DNA of 64,000 nt, from NCBI GenBank assembly GCA_031254115.1, contig JAIRUZ010000027.1, positions 2,214-66,213 on the forward strand. Reading direction: 5' to 3'. Each line of letters starts with the position of its first letter. Within the stretch, counting starts at the first letter, position 1. The stretch is from Streptococcaceae bacterium (lineage in GTDB: Bacteria > Bacillota > Bacilli > Lactobacillales > Streptococcaceae). Under the pieces are notes generated by a model. That model did not search any database and had not been told where the DNA came from. It worked only from the letters and a program-made list of their open reading frames with translations. Made by a program: the position numbers and the translations under genes. Shown in pieces: positions 19,176 through 30,319 of this stretch.

Positions 19176-20321
19176 TTACTTTTTCAGGCGGTCAATTTTC
19201 ACGCCGGTGTAAGTTTTCACAGCGTCAATCGCGTGATGATAGCGGCTCAAATAACCGCTGTGATCACGGCTGATATCGCCTGCATCGTTGAGAACCACAA
19301 CACGATTCATCAGCCCAAATTCTGTCAGCTGGCGCATCAATTCCTCGTGAAATTCAACGCGCGAACTTTCCCATTCCATATTCCGAAAACCGTCATCAAT
19401 GTATTCTGTAATCGGCGGAATCACCAAAACCAAATCAATGCGCTCATCAGCAATCGTTTTTTGAAACAGCGGCTCAAGCGCCAAAAAATCAGCTTCTGAC
19501 AGATATAATTTCGCGTAAACCCGCGTCACAATTGCATCCGTATCCAGAAACACAATGCCTTGATTCGCTGACGAATTAATCTCGCGCGAATTGGCATCGT
19601 ATTGCCCCGTAATCATCCGCGCGTAATCGTCCATCTTAAGCTCGGCATCGTCGATATTGTACTGCTCCTCGTAAGTTCGCGCGTATTCTTCGCTAAATGG
19701 CGCGTTGATTGAACGCGCAAGACGCCGTGTCAGTGTTGATTTCCCCGTTGAAGCCGAGCCCATGAGAGTCACCACCTTTGAAAAATGCCGCCTGAACACG
19801 CGATTGATGTAATTCCAATGCCGCAGCGGATTCTCACGAATCTCTGTCGCCGAAATCTGAATATCTGCGCGGTCCGCAATCTCGACCGCGTAAGAATTTC
19901 CATCAGCCACCGGAAAACGCTTAGTGAGCTCCGTCACATAATCTTCCTCACCCACATAAAACGTGACCTCAAGCCCTTCCTCGCGCGTATTCTCCCGAAT
20001 CGTCTCAAAAAGCCTAGCGCTCCACTCGTCCCAACCATTTGGAAACGCTGGCAAATCCGTCTCGTCAAGCTGCGCAACTTTCACGCATTCCTCATCATTG
20101 AACGCCTCACGCAAATAACGAAAACGCTTTTCAAGATGCAAACCAACCTTCGAACCGCGGTCATTGTCAGCGCCCGACACAACCAAAAGTACGCCCTCAT
20201 TTAACGACGCACATTTGTAAATCTGCTGCTGATGCCCCACATGAAGCGGCGCAAACGTCCCAAAATACACACCAATTTTCTTACCAGACAATTTCTGCTT
20301 GGAAATGTTGTTCGTAATCAT
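19176..20321 (-). CDS. nadR: NadR-type NMN adenylyltransferase / ribosylnicotinamide kinase, no HTH
   Basis: GTFAPLHVGH (HxGH), ISATEIR, P-loop GSASTGKST, EYAR, DTD, DDGFR. Confidence 0.85.
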   Translation of the reverse strand: MITNNISKQKLSGKKIGVYFGTFAPLHVGHQQQIYKCASLNEGVLLVVSGADNDRGSKVGLHLEKRFRYLREAFNDEECVKVAQLDETDLPAFPNGWDEWSARLFETIRENTREEGLEVTFYVGEEDYVTELTKRFPVADGNSYAVEIADRADIQISATEIRENPLRHWNYINRVFRRHFSKVVTLMGSASTGKSTLTRRLARSINAPFSEEYARTYEEQYNIDDAELKMDDYARMITGQYDANSREINSSANQGIVFLDTDAIVTRVYAKLYLSEADFLALEPLFQKTIADERIDLVLVIPPITEYIDDGFRNMEWESSRVEFHEELMRQLTEFGLMNRVVVLNDAGDISRDHSGYLSRYHHAIDAVKTYTGVKIDRLKK

Positions 20322-20392
20322 ACTCTTTATTATACCAAAAAGCCGCTTCTCCTGCTTCCATTGAGAAGTATAACGCCCTAAGACAAGTTAGT

Positions 20393-22087
20393 TCAAACTT
20401 TCTGATACTTGGACTTATTTTCACTCGTGAACAAAATAGCCGAAAAAGTTGATAGACCAACAAAAACTATTGACAGCTTATACAAATCTATAAAAGCATT
20501 TGAGAATTTTTGTTTTGTATAACTTACAATATCTAAAATTGAAGCATTGATTTTCGTATTCATTTTAGATATTTCACTTGTTACCGCAACTGTAACTTTC
20601 TGCAAGATTGCTGCTTGTACCTCGGAAGAGAGCCCTGCTTTCCCTGATAGTGCCGCCTTATAATTCTCTTGAATAAGCGCTTCTTTTTCTTGTTCCGACA
20701 CATGATTCTTATCAAATGTTGCACTGCTCTTTTCATCTTGAATTTGTTGAATCACTTGTTTTTGCATTGTTATTGCTTGAGCAGTCGGAAGTTTTAATTT
20801 CACAATTTGATTTTTTGCATAGTCAATAGATTGGCTTTTAGCAGTATTGATATTGCCGTAAAGTCCTGTTACAAAAATTGCGACAGCAAGTACAATGCCT
20901 ACCTGTCGTAAAACTCCGGCAACGCTCTGAGAAGCTGTTAGCATTTCTCCCGTAAAATCTGAGGCGGCTAAAACAACAATGGGTCCTGCGATAATCCCAT
21001 AACCAAAACCAAGTAAAAGACAGGTACTTACAACTTCAGAAATATTCGTCATGCTAATTCTTGTAAATAAAATATAGGCACCTGTCATTGCTAAGAAGCC
21101 TGTCCCAATAACTATTCTTGCTCCGATTTTTTTAATTAATAGCGCTGCAATTGGAGAAAAGACAAAAATCATTGCAGAAATTGGAGTTACAAGTAAGGCT
21201 GCTATCAGTTCCGATTTACCCTGAATTTTTGTGAAATACGTCGGCAAAACAACCGTGACAGCAACCAAGAATAGATTGCTTAAGACAATTGTTAAAGCCG
21301 CGCCATTAAATTGTCTATTTTTAAATAGCTTCATCGGAATCATGGAATAGTCAATTTTTCTCTCATAAACTATAAAAATAGTTAGAGATGAGAAACTCAC
21401 AACAAACAGCAAAACAATAATTAGACTAGACCACCCCCAGTCACGGCCTTGCACCAAGGCTAAAGTGAGTGTAAACAAGGAAATAATAGAGATCAAGGCA
21501 CCGAATATATCGATTTTTATGTTTTTTCTCTCTTCGTGAAAGTTTAGAGCCACCAAAGATAGTATAAGAGCAATTACGATAAGAGGTGCATTGACCAAGA
21601 AAATCCATCTCCAAGAGGCGAACTGAGTTAAAATCCCACCGATTGTTGGTCCTAATGCTGCCGCAAGTCCCTGTGTTACCCCCAGAGCCGCAATTACACG
21701 AGTTCTTCTTTCGACATTCACGGTAGATATTCCAATGACCATAGACAATGGAAAAACTGTTGCTGCTCCAAGACTTTGAATGATTCGACCTACGATTAAA
21801 TATACGAGGTTGGGTGACATAGCTGAGATAACTGAGCCTACCAAAAATAGAAGCAATCCCCCCATAAAAAATTTATGCAGGCCAATCTTCTCAGCAACCC
21901 TGCTGAGTGGAATTGTCAACGCAGCGAATACTATTGTATAAGCATTAATTGCCCACGACAGATTACTAAGATTCGTATTTAATCCATTCTGAATTGCTGG
22001 TAAAGCTATATTCATAACAGTTGTATCCAACATGCAAAGGAATATTCCAATGCACGTTGCAATAATTACTAAAAATGATCTGTTCAT
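20393..22087 (-). CDS. DHA2-family MFS transporter with large C-terminal loop
   Basis: LDTTVMNIALP, GRIIQSLGAA, GPTIGG, WRWIFLVN. Confidence 0.9.
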   Translation of the reverse strand: MNRSFLVIIATCIGIFLCMLDTTVMNIALPAIQNGLNTNLSNLSWAINAYTIVFAALTIPLSRVAEKIGLHKFFMGGLLLFLVGSVISAMSPNLVYLIVGRIIQSLGAATVFPLSMVIGISTVNVERRTRVIAALGVTQGLAAALGPTIGGILTQFASWRWIFLVNAPLIVIALILSLVALNFHEERKNIKIDIFGALISIISLFTLTLALVQGRDWGWSSLIIVLLFVVSFSSLTIFIVYERKIDYSMIPMKLFKNRQFNGAALTIVLSNLFLVAVTVVLPTYFTKIQGKSELIAALLVTPISAMIFVFSPIAALLIKKIGARIVIGTGFLAMTGAYILFTRISMTNISEVVSTCLLLGFGYGIIAGPIVVLAASDFTGEMLTASQSVAGVLRQVGIVLAVAIFVTGLYGNINTAKSQSIDYAKNQIVKLKLPTAQAITMQKQVIQQIQDEKSSATFDKNHVSEQEKEALIQENYKAALSGKAGLSSEVQAAILQKVTVAVTSEISKMNTKINASILDIVSYTKQKFSNAFIDLYKLSIVFVGLSTFSAILFTSENKSKYQKV

Positions 22088-22124
22088 TTTCTCTCCATTC
22101 ATAAAGTCATTATGTATAATATAT

Positions 22125-22153
22125 ATATTAACATTGTTAATATTGATTGTCAA
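22125..22153 (-). promoter_or_regulatory. MFS promoter overlapped by a 9-1-9 inverted repeat (candidate PadR operator)
   Basis: TTGACA (22153-22148), 17 bp, TAATAT; ATATTAACA-T-TGTTAATAT at 22125-22143. Confidence 0.6.
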
Positions 22154-22230
22154 CCATTAAAAATAATAAAAGCAAGAACTTTAATCATTCTTGCTTTTAT
22201 TAGTTTATTTCACCAGTTATATTTTTTGTG

Positions 22231-22758
22231 TTATTTACTATCCCTATTTAATTCTTCAAGTGATTCTGTAAGAAGTTTTAGAACAGAATCATAATAAGCT
22301 ATTCCATACTTATATGCAATAGTCTGTAACGAATCCATCCCAGAACTTTGCCATTTCTCAAAATGAAGTTGCAAATCATTCAGATTTCTCTCTTTTCTAT
22401 CTATTTCCCGCGAAATAATAGCTTTAATCTGATCTGTTTCAAGCTCTTTCCCAAAATAAATTCGCACTAAAAAGTCGGATTTTAAAGTTTCTTCCTCTGT
22501 TTCTGAGGATAAATAGTTAATAAAATCAGCCTTACCTTCGTCAGTTATAGTATAAACATTCTTATTGGGTCTGCCTTCTTGAAAAACAACATTTTTTTCT
22601 ACCTTGCCCTCTTTTTCAAGCTTTTTTAAGGTAGGATAAATCATTCCCGCTGTTCCATCAAAAAAATATTTTAATCTTGTTTCAATTAGTTCTTTAATTT
22701 CATAACCAGACCGACTCTGGCCATTTAACAGCCCTAAAACAACGTCTTTTCCCTGCAT
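22231..22758 (-). CDS. PadR-family transcriptional regulator
   Basis: VLGLL...SGYEI, IYPTLKKLE, GRPNKNVYTITDEG; start MQGKD. Confidence 0.9.
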   Translation of the reverse strand: MQGKDVVLGLLNGQSRSGYEIKELIETRLKYFFDGTAGMIYPTLKKLEKEGKVEKNVVFQEGRPNKNVYTITDEGKADFINYLSSETEEETLKSDFLVRIYFGKELETDQIKAIISREIDRKERNLNDLQLHFEKWQSSGMDSLQTIAYKYGIAYYDSVLKLLTESLEELNRDSK

Positions 22759-23146
22759 AATTACTTTTCCTTTTGATAATAATCTCAATGTGATTATTAT
22801 CATAACACTATTCCAAACGTATTGCAACCGAGCAAACAAAATAGTCATCATAGAACCTAGAACAATCAAATAAATGGGGAAAACAACTTCAGAGAAAGAT
22901 TGAAAAGTAAACATTCCTGTTAATGTATGTATTAAACCGTTTGCAAATGGTGCGGAGTTTTCTGCATCTGGGCATTACTTAGTTAAAATACCTGCCATAC
23001 CGTCTGATCCGATGGATAAGGCAATTTCCACAGTAGCATCTCGTGTCAAGCCTAAATAACCAAGGTAATGGATATTATCAACTTTGCACCTAATCTCCCT
23101 CGATTATCGCAGCGGAATGAATAATAGTGAGGATTCTATTTGTTTA

Positions 23147-24148
23147 TCAATTTGACAAACGCTTTTTTACGCTCTCTCGAATGATGAGTTGGCCTCCTAG
23201 TAAATTCTTCTTGCTTTTGTCTTTTTCGATTGATTCTACCAAAACTGAAAGTGCTAGTTTTCCTTTTTCGACCTGGTCAATTTTGACGGTAGTGAGTTTT
23301 GGCGTCATAAATTCTGCAAAGGGAGCATCATCTACACCGATAATTGAGATATCTTTGAAAATTTGATTGAGCTTAACGGCAAGAATATCTGCAGTAGCAT
23401 AAATGGCGGTGAAAGGTTGCTTTATCAAATAGTCTTGAACTTGCTCAAGAATTTCCTGATAGTCACTGGAATTTGTTGTTCCGTAAAAAATTTCACCTTT
23501 GAAATTTGATGTAAAACTTGTCACACGCTGCTGCATGACTGAGATATCATCGAGGTGAAAATCAAAACTAAAGCAAAGGACTTTTTCATGACCATTTTCA
23601 CTTAAATATTGCGCGGCAGTTTGCGAAATTTCCGCATCATTGGTTCCAATAAAATTTCTAAGTTTCGGTAAAGTTGATGGCACATCGTCGCAGTAACTAT
23701 CAACGTAGGTCACAGGAATTGAAATCACAGAATCCAACTCCTGAAAATGTTGATGTTCCATTCCAATCATAACAAAACCTGCAAAATTCCAGTTTCTCTC
23801 AAGCACTTCGATTTCTTTTGCAGATTGGATGATATCCACCATGATAAAATATCCATGACGCTTGGCTTCATCAGAAATTCCAGTCAAAACACTCGAAACA
23901 AATGGATCTGCAAAGTCCAAGAATTGACGTTTATTATAGAGTAAGACACCAATGAGATGCGATTGCTTGCTTTTCAAATTTGACGCGTTTTGGTTGGGCA
24001 CATATTGATAATCTTCCATCAAATTCTTGATTTTTTTACGTGTTGTAGCAGAAACCTCGCTATCTTTTCCTCGAATAACATTGGATACGGTCATCGCTGA
24101 AACACCTGCTATTTTCGCCAAATCTTTGATTGTGATGTGTGTACTCAT
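23147..24148 (-). CDS. LacI-family regulator (module 1)
   Basis: TIKDLAKIAGVSAMTVSNV, YVPNQNA, PKLTTV, IIRES. Confidence 0.93.
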   Translation of the reverse strand: MSTHITIKDLAKIAGVSAMTVSNVIRGKDSEVSATTRKKIKNLMEDYQYVPNQNASNLKSKQSHLIGVLLYNKRQFLDFADPFVSSVLTGISDEAKRHGYFIMVDIIQSAKEIEVLERNWNFAGFVMIGMEHQHFQELDSVISIPVTYVDSYCDDVPSTLPKLRNFIGTNDAEISQTAAQYLSENGHEKVLCFSFDFHLDDISVMQQRVTSFTSNFKGEIFYGTTNSSDYQEILEQVQDYLIKQPFTAIYATADILAVKLNQIFKDISIIGVDDAPFAEFMTPKLTTVKIDQVEKGKLALSVLVESIEKDKSKKNLLGGQLIIRESVKKRLSN

Positions 24149-26340
24149 GATTTTTTGTTGTAAATAATTTCAAACAGTGCATTTGCAAGTGATTTATTAT
24201 CAAGCTGCTGAATATAGGCGATTTGTTTGTCATGGTCTGTCATCTGTGATAATTTTTGGTAAATGACATCTTTTTTATCATAAGCTATTTCAGCAATGTC
24301 AAGCCGCCCAAACAGTGCCGTTTCAAAGTCCCATATTGGAGATGTTTCTGAGATTTCAAGTTCAAAATCCCCCATCAGCTCTGATGCGATTTCTTGACCA
24401 AAAACTTTTACCGAATGATGTCGATTGGAAGGATTTTTTTCCCTCAACTTCAAGGTTTTCCCATCAAACCTGACAGTCGTTTCATTTTCGTCTTCAAAAA
24501 GGGTATAGGTTCCGGTTTCTCCAGGGAAGATATGCCATTCTAATTCGGATGCTTTTTCGTCATTTGCAAGTGGATTTTTATCCAACGGAACAATTGCACC
24601 AGATCTGACAAATACTGGAATCTGAGACGAATCGCGATAAACTGAAATCTCAATACCCCCTTGATAACACTGCCCTGTGAAAAAGTCATACCAAACTCCT
24701 TCTGGCAACCAGACATCAACATGTGCCATTTGCAACTCTGCATCAGATTTTGATGTGATAGGTGCAATCATCATCTGTGTACCAAACATGAATTGGTTCG
24801 GGTGACAATAAGCTTCCTCAGAATCGGGATACTCATAATACATAGGCTCAATTAAAGGGCGCCCCTCTAAATGAGTTCGTATATTGGCCGAATACAGATA
24901 AGGAATCAACGCATGACGTAAGCGTAGGAACTCCTCCATCGTCACCTCAGTTACCGCATCAAAATGCCAAGGCTCTTTACTTGTAAATAAAGAATTTGAC
25001 GAATGCAAACGATTAATTGGTGAAAAGACACCTAACTGTAGCCAACGCAAAGATAACTCTGTATCTTTCATTCCATGCATGTGTCCGCCAATATCATGGC
25101 TCCACCAGCTATAGCCAATATTTGATGCAGTGGACGTAAAATAGGGCTGAAAATTCAGACTTGCCCATGAAATCACTGTGTCCCCAGAAAATCCAATTGG
25201 ATAACGATGGCTTCCAGGTCCTGCATAGCGGCTCAAAATAATATCATTTTGCCCTTTGCGCTGGATATCTTTGTAGTGATAGTGGTTTACTTGCCAAAGA
25301 GGATCTGCACCAGATTTTGAGGATGTCCCTTGCTGCCAATCTAGCCACCAAAAATCGACTCCCTCGTCTTCCAAACGATGATGCACATCATTAAAATAGG
25401 TCTCACGAAATGTCGGTGAGTCAAAATCAAACGTTGCAGGTTCCTCAAGGTCTATATTGAGATTGAGTGATTTTGCTACTTTTTCATAATCGTCCTCAAA
25501 GGCGCGAATTCCGTCCGCAGGATGAACATTTAGTGTTGTTTTCAAGCCACGTCGATGCAACTCCGCCAAAAAACGTCGACTATCTGGAAACCAGGCTTTA
25601 TTCCAAGAATAACCAGTCCAGCCTGATCCGAAGCGGATAGGGACATCATCCACACAATGCCAGCCCATGTCAATAACTGCAACAGACAGCGGAACTTGAT
25701 GCACCGCAAACTTATCCATCAATGCAAGATACGATTCCTCTGTGTAGTCATAATAGCGACTCCACCAGTTTCCTAGCGCATAACGGGGCAAAAGAGGTGT
25801 TTCACCCGTTAAGTGATAAAAGTCTTGTAAAGCTTGTCGATAATCGTGACCATAGGCAAACAGATAGAGATCGATTTGATTATTCCGAATACCGCGGATA
25901 TCACCCGTTTTAGTCATTGCCAGTGAGTCATCCCTCAGAAATGCAAAACCGTTCTTAGACAAGATTCCATCTTCAAGCTCGCATCCCCCGTCAATCTTAT
26001 CTAGTGTTTTAGTCGTTCCGCCCAGATTTCCTTCGATTGCTTGTCCAAAATACCAGCGATTCGCATAATTACTGAAATTGAATTTGAAATCAGCAAAGAG
26101 CGACCGTGAGCTAAAATCTCCACCTTTATAATATAAATGCACTGTAGGCGTGATAATTTCGATGCCATCTGATTTTTCAAGAATATCAAATTTGACAGAA
26201 CTATCAAACTCACGATTCACAACAATTTGTGTAGCAGCTTCCTCAAAAATTTCATTTTCATCAAATTCGATACGCATCATATTTTCTGTCAAAATCATAA
26301 AGCGTGCCCTATCAAATTTGACATAATTTTTTTCATCCAT
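24145..26340 (-). CDS. GH31 glycosidase, WWLDWQQG type (GH31_u1-like)
   Basis: LGNWWSRY, FWWLDWQQG nucleophile motif, GFSGD, WWSHDIGG, RLHSS. Confidence 0.88.
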   Translation of the reverse strand: MDEKNYVKFDRARFMILTENMMRIEFDENEIFEEAATQIVVNREFDSSVKFDILEKSDGIEIITPTVHLYYKGGDFSSRSLFADFKFNFSNYANRWYFGQAIEGNLGGTTKTLDKIDGGCELEDGILSKNGFAFLRDDSLAMTKTGDIRGIRNNQIDLYLFAYGHDYRQALQDFYHLTGETPLLPRYALGNWWSRYYDYTEESYLALMDKFAVHQVPLSVAVIDMGWHCVDDVPIRFGSGWTGYSWNKAWFPDSRRFLAELHRRGLKTTLNVHPADGIRAFEDDYEKVAKSLNLNIDLEEPATFDFDSPTFRETYFNDVHHRLEDEGVDFWWLDWQQGTSSKSGADPLWQVNHYHYKDIQRKGQNDIILSRYAGPGSHRYPIGFSGDTVISWASLNFQPYFTSTASNIGYSWWSHDIGGHMHGMKDTELSLRWLQLGVFSPINRLHSSNSLFTSKEPWHFDAVTEVTMEEFLRLRHALIPYLYSANIRTHLEGRPLIEPMYYEYPDSEEAYCHPNQFMFGTQMMIAPITSKSDAELQMAHVDVWLPEGVWYDFFTGQCYQGGIEISVYRDSSQIPVFVRSGAIVPLDKNPLANDEKASELEWHIFPGETGTYTLFEDENETTVRFDGKTLKLREKNPSNRHHSVKVFGQEIASELMGDFELEISETSPIWDFETALFGRLDIAEIAYDKKDVIYQKLSQMTDHDKQIAYIQQLDNKSLANALFEIIYNKKS

Positions 26341-26418
26341 CTTAAACTTCCTTTCAATAAAGAAAGGTGTATAAGCTATACACCTCACTATAAGCTACAT
26401 TTCATTAGAGGAAATCGC

Positions 26419-28578
26419 TTATTTATAGTCTCCCGCTCTTTTGAGCGTAAAGTCTTGCTTTACTTCGTATCCTTCGCGTTTGAATAAGGGTAAACTAAGG
26501 AAACTGTGCTTTTCTTCAAACCATTCCCCACGCGATACGATAGATTCTGTCATTCCCTCATCTCGGACAAGTCTTGTCCATTTTCCAGCAGGCAAATAAA
26601 ACCTTGCACGTCCGGCCTTATTGAATACAGGCGCAACTAAGATACTCTCTCCAAGCATGTACTGCAAATCCAGATTGAAAGTATTTGGATCATTGGGAAA
26701 TTCCATAAACATTGGTCGCATTAGCGGTATGCCTGCTTCGACTGATTGCCGTGCTTGTTTATAAAGATAAGGCATCAGTGAAATCTTTAGCTTCGTAAAT
26801 TTACGTGTGACTTCAACGGCTTCATCATCAAAATTCCAAGGTACGCGATATTGGATATTTCCATGATAACGAGAATGCGAGGACAACAAGCCAAACTGAG
26901 TCCATCGCTTATACAAATCTGCTGGTGTTTCTTCTTCAAAGCCACCGATATCATGACTCCAGAAGTTAAAACCACTCGTTAGAAAACTCAATCCTCCACG
27001 CAAAGTATCTGCCATTGATTGGTAGCTTGAGACATTGTCTCCGCCCCAATGGACAGGGAATTTTTGCGAGCCAACTGTTGCAGACCGAGCAAAAACAACT
27101 GCCTCTTCTGTACCTTTTTCAGTTTTTAACACATCATAGACTGCTTGATTATAAAGATAAGTGTAGAAATTATGGGCTCCTTTGGGGTTTGAGCCATCAA
27201 AGAACTGAGCATCCTGAACTGGAATTCGCTCTCCAAAATCAGTTTTGAAGCAATCCACACCCATTTGAAGGAGCACACGAAGCTTTTCTTGGTACCAAGT
27301 TACGGCTGCAGGATTTGTAAAATCTACATAAGCCATTCCCGCCTGCCAGAGATCCGTTTGCCAGACTGAGCCATCACGATGTTTGACAAAGTATCCCCTG
27401 GCTTTGCCTTCCGCAAACAAGGGGGATTTCTGAGCAATATAAGGATTAATCCAGACACAGATTTTTAATCCTTTACTGTGAATACGCTGTAACATTCCTT
27501 CTGGATCCGAAAAGCTCTCACTATCCCAAGTGAAATTGCTCCACTCGAACTCCTTCATCCAGAAACAATCAAAATGAAAAACGTCCAGTGGAATATCTCG
27601 CTCAGCCATGCCATCTATGAAAGACATGACCGTTTTTTCGGAATAATCTGTCGTAAAGCTTGTAGAAAGCCAGAGACCAAAAGTCCATGCTGGCGGCAAA
27701 GTTCCGCCTCCCATCAGTTTATTGAGCTTTCCAACAACTGATTTTGGAGAGTCTCCTGTAATCACATAATATTCGAGACTTTCTCCTTCGGTTGAGAACT
27801 GGACGCAGTCTACATTTTCAGAGGCCATTTCAAAACTTACGGGCTGACTTTCATTCACAAATACACCGTAATAAATCCCCGCACTATCAGCAAATCCTGG
27901 CTTTGCGGCTAAGTAAAAAGGAATATTTTTATAGGATTGTTCAGAGCCCGTTCCTCCGTCCTTATTGATGCTGTCTATGCTTTGACCGTTTTTTATAAAT
28001 GGCGTAAATCGCTCGCCAGTTCCGTAAATTTTTGTATCCATATCAATATTGAGCATCTCACGCATATAATGCTTCGGACGCACCAGATTTGCTGAAAAGT
28101 TCTGCATTCCCATGACGGATTCGCTACTCATCATTAAAAAACTTCCCGTAGTTAAGTCATCAATCGAGGCTTGTGCATTGAGTTCAGAGGCTATTATTTC
28201 CTGTCCTTTGTAGCCAAAGCTCAGCCTAAATTTTGAAGAAATCGGCAATTTTAAAGTCAAATCTCCTGAGCTCAAACTTGCTTCTGCTTCGTGAATCGTG
28301 ACCAAAATAGGAATATCTTTCTCAGTATGAAGCTCATAACAAGGATTCGAATCTTCCGCTTCAAAATGGGTCAGTCTCAGGCCAATCACATCTTTCATAG
28401 GAGAAAAGGCCTCAATTTTTGTATTGCCGACGTTCAACGTATCCCCGCGTGTCTCAATGCGCTTATAACTTGCAAAGGCTTCAAGTCCTTCTGCTATTCG
28501 CCTTACCTCATAAATCTCTTTTGGATTTTCAATACGATACCGCTCCTGCTTCATCCAATAACCATCTGTAAACTTCAT
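26419..28578 (-). CDS. GH31 alpha-xylosidase, YicI type
   Basis: MKFTDGYW, GLWLSTSFTTDY, FHFDCFWM, FKTDFGE, WSHDIGG. Confidence 0.9.
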   Translation of the reverse strand: MKFTDGYWMKQERYRIENPKEIYEVRRIAEGLEAFASYKRIETRGDTLNVGNTKIEAFSPMKDVIGLRLTHFEAEDSNPCYELHTEKDIPILVTIHEAEASLSSGDLTLKLPISSKFRLSFGYKGQEIIASELNAQASIDDLTTGSFLMMSSESVMGMQNFSANLVRPKHYMREMLNIDMDTKIYGTGERFTPFIKNGQSIDSINKDGGTGSEQSYKNIPFYLAAKPGFADSAGIYYGVFVNESQPVSFEMASENVDCVQFSTEGESLEYYVITGDSPKSVVGKLNKLMGGGTLPPAWTFGLWLSTSFTTDYSEKTVMSFIDGMAERDIPLDVFHFDCFWMKEFEWSNFTWDSESFSDPEGMLQRIHSKGLKICVWINPYIAQKSPLFAEGKARGYFVKHRDGSVWQTDLWQAGMAYVDFTNPAAVTWYQEKLRVLLQMGVDCFKTDFGERIPVQDAQFFDGSNPKGAHNFYTYLYNQAVYDVLKTEKGTEEAVVFARSATVGSQKFPVHWGGDNVSSYQSMADTLRGGLSFLTSGFNFWSHDIGGFEEETPADLYKRWTQFGLLSSHSRYHGNIQYRVPWNFDDEAVEVTRKFTKLKISLMPYLYKQARQSVEAGIPLMRPMFMEFPNDPNTFNLDLQYMLGESILVAPVFNKAGRARFYLPAGKWTRLVRDEGMTESIVSRGEWFEEKHSFLSLPLFKREGYEVKQDFTLKRAGDYK

Positions 28579-29396
28579 TACTTCACCGCCCCATCTGCAA
28601 TGCCTTTGACGACATATTTTTGTAAGAAGACAAAGAGAATAATCAGTGGCAACACAACCACGACCAAAGCCGCAAGTGCCAAATTCCATTGTTTACTAAA
28701 TTGTCCAAAGAAATAGAAGGTCTTCAGCGGAATCGTCAACATTCCTGGTTTATTGATTGTGATAGAAGGAAGCAGGTAGTCATTCCAGAACCAGAGGGAA
28801 TTCAGCACGACAACTGTAACTGTTGTCGGCTTTAATAACGGAAAAACGACTTTCCAATAAACCTTCCAAGGACTCGCCCCATCAATAATCGCTGCTTCGT
28901 CGAGCGAGCGAGGAATGCTTTGCAAAGCGCCATAATACAAAAAGGTAGCCATTGATGTACCAAGTCCCAGATACATGAACATCAAAGCGGGGCGATTCAA
29001 GGCGTTAAATTTACCAAAAATTGAAACCAGAGGAATCATAATCCCCTGAAAAGGAATCAAAAGTCCAACTGCAATGATTAAATATAAAGTTTTGGATAGT
29101 CGTTTGTTATTCCGAGACAGAGCATAGGCCGCCATAGAACTCGCAAAGATTAGCAAAACAAGTGAACCAATTGTCACAAAAAGTGAGCTAAACAAAGTCT
29201 TTCCAAAATCGAGTTGTTGCAAGGCCAGTGAATAGTTTGAAAGGTCTAGTGTTTTGGGTAAGCTCAAGGTACTTGCAAAAATTTCTGTTTGATTTTTAAA
29301 TGAATTGATCAACATCAGCCAGAAGGGATAGATCCAGAGTAGAGATACGACGACTCCTACTGCAATTAGAATAAATTTTGTTGATTTCTTTTGCAT
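28578..29396 (-). CDS. Carbohydrate ABC permease
   Basis: EAA motif LDEAAIIDGAS, WNDYLLP. Confidence 0.92.
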   Translation of the reverse strand: MQKKSTKFILIAVGVVVSLLWIYPFWLMLINSFKNQTEIFASTLSLPKTLDLSNYSLALQQLDFGKTLFSSLFVTIGSLVLLIFASSMAAYALSRNNKRLSKTLYLIIAVGLLIPFQGIMIPLVSIFGKFNALNRPALMFMYLGLGTSMATFLYYGALQSIPRSLDEAAIIDGASPWKVYWKVVFPLLKPTTVTVVVLNSLWFWNDYLLPSITINKPGMLTIPLKTFYFFGQFSKQWNLALAALVVVVLPLIILFVFLQKYVVKGIADGAVK

Positions 29397-30262
29397 TAGG
29401 CACTAATCTCCTTTTTACTGGTAATACGGATTTGGATAATCGAGACAATGACAATCAAAGCCAAGAAAATAACCGCTTTTGCCTGAGCATAAGCCATATT
29501 ATTATTTTGGAAGGCTTCATTGTAGATATTCATCGCAGTTGTTTGTGAGGAATTGAATGGACCGCCCTGCGTCAAGGCCAGCACTTGATCATAAATCTTG
29601 AGCGAACTTCCTAGTGTAAGGAATAATGTAATCGTAAAGGCTGGCATCAACATTGGTAATTTCACTCGGAAAAAACTCTGCAATCCTGTTGCCCCATCTA
29701 TTGCTGCGGCTTCAAGAATATCATCAGAGATACTATTGATGAAAGATACATAGATAATCATCATATAGCCTGACATTTGCCAAACAAAAAGAATTGTAAG
29801 CCCCCAAAATGCCGTCGTCGGGGTTGATAGCCAGTTGGCAAAGAAATGAATACCTGTCAAATCTGCAATTCCTTGAAAAGCTTTATTAAAGACAAACTGC
29901 CAGATAAATCCTAGGATAATCCCGCCGATCAAGTTCGGCATGAAGAATACTGTGCGAAAGAAAGTATTCCAAGCACCCAGTTTTTGAGTGACAAGTTGTG
30001 CAAGCAAAAGCGCGATAACATTGATTAAAATGATTGAAACTACTGAAAATTTTGCCGTAAAGATTAAACTATTAATAAAAGTCTGATCTTGAAAAGCTTT
30101 CATGTAGTTTTCAAAGCCAACCATCGCAGTTGAGCTTAAGCCATCCCAATTTGTAAAAGAGTAATATGTCCCCATGAAAAGTGGGATAAATAAGACAAGC
30201 AGCATACCTATCAATGACGGTGCTAAAAATAACCAATAAGATTTTGACTTGTTATTTAACAT
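29396..30262 (-). CDS. Carbohydrate ABC permease
   Basis: SFTNWDG, LEAAAIDGA, LTQGGP. Confidence 0.92.
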   Translation of the reverse strand: MLNNKSKSYWLFLAPSLIGMLLVLFIPLFMGTYYSFTNWDGLSSTAMVGFENYMKAFQDQTFINSLIFTAKFSVVSIILINVIALLLAQLVTQKLGAWNTFFRTVFFMPNLIGGIILGFIWQFVFNKAFQGIADLTGIHFFANWLSTPTTAFWGLTILFVWQMSGYMMIIYVSFINSISDDILEAAAIDGATGLQSFFRVKLPMLMPAFTITLFLTLGSSLKIYDQVLALTQGGPFNSSQTTAMNIYNEAFQNNNMAYAQAKAVIFLALIVIVSIIQIRITSKKEISA

Positions 30263-30319
30263 CTGAGTTCCTTTCTTATAAATAGGCTCCGCCAAATTTG
30301 GCGGAGCCTGAATTCGCTT

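Noticed and set aside
22759-22914. Hydrophobic N-terminal extension on PadR
   Set aside because: PadR homology begins at MQGKD, which has its own SD-like AAAGGA; the upstream stretch is more likely debris.
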